Origin: the human T2T-CHM13v2.0 reference genome, Homo sapiens
Strand: one strand, 5' to 3'
DNA: 64,000 nucleotides
NCBI RefSeq assembly: GCF_009914755.1
Contig: NC_060936.1
This document shows positions 56,936 to 64,000 of this stretch, piece after piece. A program made the translations under genes and the position numbers. The notes below the pieces were generated by a model. That model saw nothing but the letters and a program-made list of their open reading frames with translations. It was not told where the DNA came from and searched no databases. Numbering within the stretch: position 1 is the stretch's first letter; every line of letters begins with the position of its first letter.

Positions 56936-57865
56936 TGATGCAGGATTTTTTCTTGACCCCTTCATGGGACTTGTGACAGGGGTGTCTCATTTATTCACCC
57001 TGCCCTGCTCAACCCCTCACAGAAGGGAGCATGCAAGTGAACAAGTGTGGGAACTGGTCAGGTGCTTCGGCACTAGCAGGAGCAAACTGTTCACTTAGAC
57101 CTGCTGCATTCCACCCCTCACAGAAGTGCACACATAGGCAAGTAAGTGCAGGAAGTGGCCAGTTGCTTCCGCGTCCACAGGAGCAAACTTCATGCAGGCT
57201 CTGCGGCAGCATCCAGGTGGGGGTGCTTGTCACCCCAAGGCCCCAGAGGGTGTGTTACAGTGCTGTCTTAGTTCCACTGTCTGCGGACAGCAGTATATCA
57301 GCTCACTGGGCCCTTTGCCTCATCACGTAGGGTGGCTGACCTCCACTAGCAAGGGCAAACGGCCAGTGTGATAGCTGTTTTGGGTACCCACACTTGGTGG
57401 ATCCCAAATTCTTGTCCAGTGACCAGGAAGAATGAGGTCACATGGACAAATTGAAGGATGGCAAACGCAAAGAATTTTATTGAGTGATGAGAGCAGCTCT
57501 CAGTGGAGAGGGGAGCTGGAAAGGGGATGGGAAGGGCAGGTTGCTCTCCCCTGAAGTCAAGTTGTCTCTCTCTGAGGTACAGCCAGCATCTCTGAAGTCA
57601 AGTTGCTTCTCCTCTCTACTGGCTAAGTCTGGGGTCTTTATAGGCACATGATGAGGGGCAGGGCAGGCCATAGGTAGTTTTGAAAAAGGCAACATTTGAT
57701 TGGTAAAAAGACACTATTCAGAAAGAAACAATCAGGAGAGAGCAGGCAAACAGGAACAGAAGTTCTTACTTTAGGCCACAGGCCAGACTACTTTTAGCTT
57801 GAAGGTGGTTTCACCGGGGACCTGTTCCTGTCTGCCTGGAGTTTCTCTGCCTCCTTCCTCTCTCA
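56936..57865 (-). repeat. 5' LTR of the provirus
   Basis: Precedes the PBS. Minus-strand TATAAA at 57637-57642 and AATAAA at 57476-57481. Confidence 0.93.
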
Positions 57866-58644
57866 AAACTGTGTACAATGGAGCATATTAACTGTGTAAC
57901 CCTCTTTCCTTAGATTTCTCCTCTCTTAGGAATCTGTGAGCCAAAATGAGTTTCTATTGTAAGAGCACTTTTCCAAGGGTTTCTGAATTTGAAAGTTTAC
58001 AACATCTCTTCACAGATTATATAGACAATTACCTTCCCCACATTCATAGCATTGTTGTAATAAATAAAAATCAAATGAAAAACTCTATCCTTTTTCTAGA
58101 ATACCTTAAAAAAAAAAGAGGCTGACATATCCTTTGTTGCCTTATGGTGACTCATTATAGTGTGCCTAGAGGCATCCAGATAGAAAGCCTTCTGAAACCC
58201 ACACCTACTTATCCTGTCTGCACAGTGAAGCTACTATATCAGGGCTTGTGGTTCCTGTAGGCTGTCAGGGAGTGGCAGTATTATCCTTGGTGCCCTGAGT
58301 CTGAATGCTGCTCCTGTGCTCTCAGTATCTACAGGAGCCAATTTGAAGGCTCCTGTTGTGCCTGCTAGTGACAGCAGTCAAGGTCTAGCACCTAAGTATA
58401 CCACAATGTCATCCTCACTGTCCTCCCTGGATTCCTTTTGCTCCATATTATAGAGAAGTCAGAACATGTAGTGAGTTTGCCAGCTATTTAAAGAGGTCCT
58501 CCTAGTATTTTGTAACATAGACCCACAAACACAATTCAGAAAACTTGGCAACATCCTCAAATTCATTTTTCTCATAATTTCACATATAATATAGTATCAG
58601 AAAGATAAATTGGGAAATTGGGTCCACAGAATAGCACTTTAGAT

Positions 58645-59415
58645 AGACTGGATTACCATACAACTCCATGCTGCCCACTGACTATAGGCAATGTGACTTC
58701 GACCAATGGAATGCCTGTGGATATAAAATGAGCAGTAGCTTTCAATGTGCTGCATCGTTTGCCTCCTTCTTTTGCTCCTATGATTCATCATGAAGATAAT
58801 ATGTCCTGAAGGCAGCTAGTTTCAAGAGAAGGTGTAGAAATGTGGAGCAGATCCAAAGCCAATGCTAGTCAAGCCCAGCTGACCTGCAGCCTGAAACAGA
58901 TCCACCCAGCCTACACATAGGGCTGTAAGCAAGGGAAAATGCTTGCTGCTGTAAGCTGCTGAATTTTGGAGTTGTTTGTTCTTGTTAGATTAAGTTTAGC
59001 CTGAAGCTGCCTCCTTACATATTTTAAGTTCAGCCTAAGGTTTCTCCATGCATGTGAACTGTGACCTAACTGGAGGTGTAAACGACGGTAACCTACTTTT
59101 GTGCCAATCACCAAGTTTTGGCCAAAGATAGCCAACTGTTCCAACTTGTTCAAATAAGGTAAACACTGAGCTGTAACCAGTCTGGCTATTTCTGTACCTC
59201 ACTTTTGTTTTCTGTATATCACTTTCCTTTCTCTGTCCATAAATCCTCTTCCAACATGTGGCTGCACTGGAGTCTTTATGTGCCTACTCTGGCTCAGGTG
59301 GCTGTCCAATTCACGAATCGTTCTTTGCTTGGTTAAACTCTGTTAAATTTAATTAGCCTCAGGTTTTTCTTTTAACATTATGCAACATTGTTTTGACAAT
59401 CACATAACTCATTTA
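58645..59415 (+). mobile_element. MLT1 (I/J-like) LTR split by MER57
   Basis: ATGTGACTTCGACCAATGGAATG...TGCTGTAAGCTGCTGAATTTTGGAGTTGTTTGTT, resuming as ATGCAACATTG after 59381. Confidence 0.7.
58983..59377 (+). mobile_element. MER57 (ERV1) solo LTR
   Basis: TGTTAGATTAAGTTTAGCCTGAAGCTGCCTCCTTACATATTTTAAGTTC...CTTTTAACA. TSD TTCT/TTAT. Confidence 0.85.
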
Positions 59416-59469
59416 CCTATGAGATAGGTAATGTTACTATCTTCACATTGCAGAGAAGGAAATTATATA

Positions 59470-59817
59470 CAGTTGTTCCTCAATATCCTTCAGCAATGGG
59501 TCTCAAGAACCCCTTGGTTACCAAAATTGGTGAATGCTCAAGTCCCTGATATAAAATGGCATTATATATGCATATAACCTATGTTCATCCTCCTATATAC
59601 TTTAAATCATCTCTAGATTACTTATAATACCTAATACAATGTAAATAATATGTAAATAGTTGTTATACTGTATTGTTTAGGGAATAATGGAAAGAAAATA
59701 GTTTGTGTATGCTCAATACAAATTAAACCATTATTTTTTATTTCCTGAATATTTATGATCCAGGTTTGGTTGAATTCAAGGATGCAGAATCCATGAATAA
59801 GGAGAGTTAAAGCAATG
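59470..59817 (+). mobile_element. MER2 TcMar-Tigger
   Basis: TA|CAGTTGTTCCTC...GCTCAAGTCCCTGATATAAAATGG...ATCATCTCTAGATTACTTATAATACCTAATACAATG. Confidence 0.88.
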
Positions 59818-59860
59818 TATTGACTTAGAGCAGTGTTTCCCAAAATGTGTTTCAATGGAT

Positions 59861-60854
59861 CAGGGCTGGCTTCGTGGGTGTGTGACCTAGACCTACACAG
59901 TCACACAGAACATTGCACTCAGAAACACCCTGCACTTCATTTAATGCTCCACTGTTGCCTTTCTGAGTTCTTAATTTTATCTTTGAATTGTTTTGTATGT
60001 GAAGTCTGAGGGAACAATGTACATGCATGTGAGCAGAGGAGATATGCACAAGACACGTGTTTACCTATTGATTGCCACTTCATTTGTATATAGTATTTGT
60101 GATGGCCCATGAACACAGAATTCTAGTGAACCCACAATGCACAGGAGGTCAGCAGGATGCAAAATGAGTGCAAGATAATCATGTCTGTATCTGAGTAAGT
60201 AGGGATAGTGGCAGCCCTGAAACACCTGCTTTTCACTCAAACCAGAACTTGCTTTGAACACAGAAAGAAGGCAGTGATGTTCTGAGAAACGCAAACAATC
60301 AAGGAGCCCTCTCATGTCCTTTTTTATTCACTTTACATCCCTGAATCAGCCAACCACCTATGCTGAAAATGATGACACAGAAGAAAGGGAAAGATTAGAA
60401 AACCCATATTTTCTGTTGTTTCAGTCTTTCCATGCTCATGAATAAGCCTAAAGTAGAGACTGTTGATAAAATGGCTTGTATCAAGAAGTGTGCAGCATTT
60501 CCGCTGTTCTTGTAAGAACAAAAGACATGTTTGTAGAAGCTACAAAAGATGAATTGTGCAATTTTGAAGATTATACACACAAGGTGAAGGCTCTTATACC
60601 TGTATATTATATTGGCACTACAAAATATAAAGAGGAATGGTAAAATGCAAGCTAATAATTTACAGTTTTTTTCACTTAGAACATTAAAGAGCAAATAAAA
60701 AACTCTCATGACAAGTCAATAGAGAGACCACAGAAGAAAGGAAAACTATTTGATACTTTAACACATTTAAAAGCACTTTTTTCCTGCTTGTCAAACAAAA
60801 GGGTCCTAACATTTTCATTTTACCTTGGGCTTGAAAATTATGTAGCAGATCCTG
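59861..60854 (+). mobile_element. MER45B-like hAT-Tip100
   Basis: CAGGGCTGGCTTCGTGGG...AAAATTATGTAGCAGATCCTG. Degenerate 8-bp TSD CAATGGAT/CTTGGGAT. Confidence 0.78.
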
Positions 60855-60926
60855 CTTGGGATGAACATTTAACTGAGTGTTGAAAGAAGTATTGTGTAGA
60901 GAAAAATTCTAAAAGACTCTATAAAT

Positions 60927-61105
60927 GCACTATCCAACACAAAGTGAAGAGTCACATGTGGCTATTTAAATTAAATAAAATTAAAAATTCGGTTCCTCAG
61001 TTGCAGTTCAAGTTCAGTAGTCACAAGTGGCTGATAGCTACTATGTTGGACACCACAAATATAGAACATTTCTGTCATTACAGAGAGTTCTATGGGATAG
61101 TGCTG
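60927..61105. mobile_element. MER3 hAT-Charlie
   Basis: GTCACATGTGGCTATTTAAATTAAATAAAATTAAAAATTC...TATAGAACATTTCTGTCATTACAGAGAGTTCTAT. Confidence 0.8.
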
Positions 61106-61588
61106 TGTTACAGTTTAAATAATTTGAAAAATACTGGGTTATAAAACATTAAATGGATTTTTTTAAAACACAATTTTTCTGAATATTGGATATACTAATG
61201 TGAATCTCCAGGAGGGGGCTATAGCATGAAGCATCTCCAAACTTATTTAATCAAAGCTTGCTTTTTTGTAAAACAGTGAACTTCTGGTTCAGCACTTTCT
61301 TTTTTAAAAAAAGAAAGATGAACCATTTTTAAGGATTTGAGATATAAAAGATGGTATACATGCTATTCATGGATTAGAAAATAGTTTGAATAGGAGGGTA
61401 GGGACCTAATTTGATAGAACTGATGCTCTCTGGAACTAGTTCAGTAAAATCCTTTTCTGGAGAGCAATTTAGATTATCATGTCAATTTATCAATCTTTTT
61501 CTTTTATGGATTTTGCTTTTGGTACTTTACTTGTGAAATCAATGTCTAACTCAAAGCAAGCCACTAACTAATTTTTGAATATTAAAAC

Positions 61589-61916
61589 TGTTAGGAGACA
61601 ATTCTCCATAGCCTTTTCTCATCTTAGCACATTTGGGGAGCAGGGGCACTAAATGCCCCATTATTCTGGAGTATCTTTACAAGGAAGTTTATATAGCAAA
61701 TAGTCTTGGAAGACTGAGCTAGTGTCTCCCACTGGAGCAAAAGTCAAGTTTGTTCACTGACAAATCTTTCTTTAGGACAAAGATTGGGCAGGTTTACTTA
61801 CAGCCAATTATAAAATAATAGAATTTCTTAAGTTTGGGGTTCCTCAGACATGATGCAAACCCACTCTATTCACTTGAGCCTTTCTGAAATACTCCTGTAG
61901 GACTTGGGGAGCAAAG
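61589..61916 (+). mobile_element. LTR40-like (ERVL) LTR, 5' part
   Basis: TGTTAGGAGACAATTCTCCATAG...GTGTCTCCCACTGGAGCAAAAG matches the recalled LTR40 start. Confidence 0.65.
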
Positions 61917-62270
61917 GTGAATGAATGAACAAACTGTGGTACCACCAAACAATGAGATTCTACTTAGCAATAAAAAGGAACAGATAGTGAATACATGTAA
62001 AAACTTGGAGGATTCTGAAAGGTGCTATGCTCAATGAAAGGAGGCAATCTGAGATTATTTACTGTATGATGCTATTAATTTGACATTCTGGGAAATAAAA
62101 AACTATAGTAACAGACAACAGACCAGTGGGTTGCCAGGGGCAAGGGGCTAAGGAAGGTACAACAAAGGGGCAGAGAAGAAAGTTTTCAAAAACTGCTCTG
62201 TATTCTGTGATAGAAGTTACACAATCTATGCATGCGTTAAAACTCATGGAATTACAACATACCAGTAAGC
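61917..62270 (+). mobile_element. L1MC/ME 3' fragment
   Basis: GAATGAACAAACTGTGGTAC...TACTTAGCAATAAAAAGGAAC...CAGTGGGTTGCCAGGGG. Confidence 0.75.
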
Positions 62271-62754
62271 AAACAAGCAGACGTAATACATACTCAAACT
62301 CTATCAAGTTCCAATTACTTAATTAGATTTTACTATAATCTATGTGTTTGATGGGTTATACCTATTTGTGATATTATAAGAAATATATATTTGGTCTTCA
62401 TCCCTGGGTCCTGTTATAGAACTGCTAAAACTTCCTGAAGGTGAGGGGGGAGCATCTTTTTTTACAATATTTGATCTTAGTCCCTGGTTCCTGACACAAG
62501 CGCTTCTAAGTGTCTTTTTGTATGGTAAGCTTTGAAGTTTCTTTTTGTATGCTAGTGAGATGACCAGTGGCTAGGGAGCTCTATGACTATGTAATAGACC
62601 CCCACAAAATCCCCCAAATGAAGGGGTTTGAAGAGCTTCTACGCTGGTGAACATGAGTGTAACCAGAGAGGGCATGGAAGCTCTGTGTTCCTTCCCTCAT
62701 ACCCTGCCCTAAGTACCTCTTTATCTGGCTGTTTATCTTTTGTATCCTCTATAA

Positions 62755-63030
62755 CAGTGGTTCCCAAACCCTGGGCTGTAAACTGATACCAGTCTGTGGC
62801 CTATTAGAAACTGGGCTGCACAGCAGGAGGTGAGCAGCAGGCATGTGAGCACTATTGCTTGAGCAGCACCTCCTGTCTGATCAGTGGTGGCATTAGATTC
62901 TCATAGGAGCAAGAACCCTATTGTGAATTGCTCATGCAAGGGATCTAGGTTGCCCACTCCTTAAGATAATCTAATGCCTGATGATCCGAAGTGGAAAAAT
63001 TTCATTCTGAAACCAATCCGCCACTCCCTG
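62755..63030 (+). mobile_element. MER1B lacking its right terminus
   Basis: CAGTGGTTCCCAAACCC...GCATTAGATTCTCATAGGAGC...GGATCTAGGTTG, homologous to the MER1A at 3411. Confidence 0.85.
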
Positions 63031-63044
63031 GGTCATACAATATT

Positions 63045-63215
63045 CTCTCTCTCTTTTTCTCTCTTTTAGAGACAGGGTCTTGCTCTGTCACCCAGCCTGG
63101 AGTGCAGTGGTATGTTCATAGCTCCCCACAGCCTCAGACTTCTGGCCTCAAGCAATCCTCCTGCTTCAGCCTCCTAAATTGTTGGGATTACAGGTGTGAT
63201 TCACCACACTTAGCT
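63045..63215 (-). mobile_element. FLAM/Alu monomer
   Basis: GAGACAGGGTCTTGCTCTGTCACCCAG...CTCAAGCAATCCTCCTGC...GGGATTACAGG. Confidence 0.8.
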
Positions 63216-63644
63216 TATGATAGTCTTTATAAATAAACTGGTAAATGTAAGTAAAGTGCTTTTTAGAGTTTTGTGAACTGTTCTGGGAAATTACTGAACC
63301 TGAGGAGGGGGTCGTGAGAACAGCTGATTTACAGCCAGCGAGTCACAGGTACTAATGACTCAGACTTGTGATTCGCATCTGAGGTGGGGGCAGTTTTGTG
63401 GGATGGAGCTCGTAATCTGTGGGTCTATGCTGACTAGGAGTAGCTGGTATCAAAATTGAATTTCTGTAGCATACCCAATTGTTTGGGAGAGTTGGAGAAT
63501 TTGTTGGTGTGGGCAAAAGACATTTATTTGGTATCAGAAGTGCTGCTAGTAAAAAAATAAAAAAAAAAGTTTAGTATTATTGTATCCATATAGAAGAAAT
63601 ACTATACAATGGAGCTACTGCATGTAATGGAAGTACTGAACATG

Positions 63645-63779
63645 TTTTTGCAACTCCATCTTCAGGGCTAACACATTGAAAGCTTGTAATCAGCCATGGT
63701 AGGAGTATTTACACTAGAAAAATCCACAACTGCTACAACTAAGGGTTTAGGTTTTTGAGGGTTTACCAGCATAACACTG
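63645..63779. mobile_element. MER63-like hAT-Blackjack
   Basis: AGCTTGTAATCAGCCATGGTAGGAGTATTTACAC...GGTTTACCAGCATAACACTG. Confidence 0.65.
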
Positions 63780-64000
63780 CATACCAACCTTGCCAGATTA
63801 CTGGATATTCTTTTAATAGAATATTGGAGCCTCCAGGGATTATCTGAACCAATAGGATATGTACCTTGGTCTTTGAGGAGGATTTTTTCAAATCTGTAGA
63901 AATTGAAATGAACTTGTCCAGAACTGATGGCAATGCAAATGATTCTTGTTTGTGGACATGTAAATTTCCCCTGTCCAGTATAGAGACAGCCCTTCTATCT

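Larger units (their letters stand above)
48623..57865 (-). mobile_element. Class I (gamma-like) endogenous provirus with two LTRs; HUERS-P3-like interior (HERV9/W-related gag-pol) and LTR27/LTR28/MER52-group LTRs
   Basis: Paired TG...CA LTRs and an identical 4-bp TSD AAAC (48619-48622, 57866-57869). PBS, PPT and gag/pro/RT/RNaseH/IN motifs occur in the correct order on the minus strand. Family names are from recall. Confidence 0.93.
62367..63545 (+). mobile_element. MER21 LTR containing MER1B and FLAM insertions
   Basis: TGTGATATTATAAGAAATATATATTTGGTC...AATAAACTGGTAAATGTAAGTAAA...TTTGGTATCAGAAGTG. Confidence 0.8.

Overview
Primate (human-like) AT-rich nuclear DNA dominated by interspersed repeats. 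I found no intact protein-coding gene, RNA gene, CpG island or CRISPR array. Main contents: (1) a disabled HNRNPA1 processed pseudogene (10003-11360, +); (2) a two-LTR class I endogenous retrovirus on the minus strand (48623-57865) with a 4-bp AAAC TSD, a tRNA-Pro-like PBS, a PPT, decayed gag-pro-pol and an env stub; (3) a twin-primed L1PA insertion with a 17-bp TSD; (4) many older L1M, L2, MIR, Alu/FLAM, solo LTR and DNA-transposon relics. The most notable observations are retrotransposition footprints visible in the sequence: a ~250-bp polyadenylated mRNA-like fragment inserted in the ERV pol gene, a ~140-bp L1 3' transduction bracketed by a 15-bp TSD, and a possible micro-transduction in the L1PA tail. 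There is also an RFX X-box cluster and a patchwork of locally templated hairpins. I see no evidence of a new biological system. Repeat family names come from recalled consensus sequences and need RepeatMasker/Dfam confirmation.
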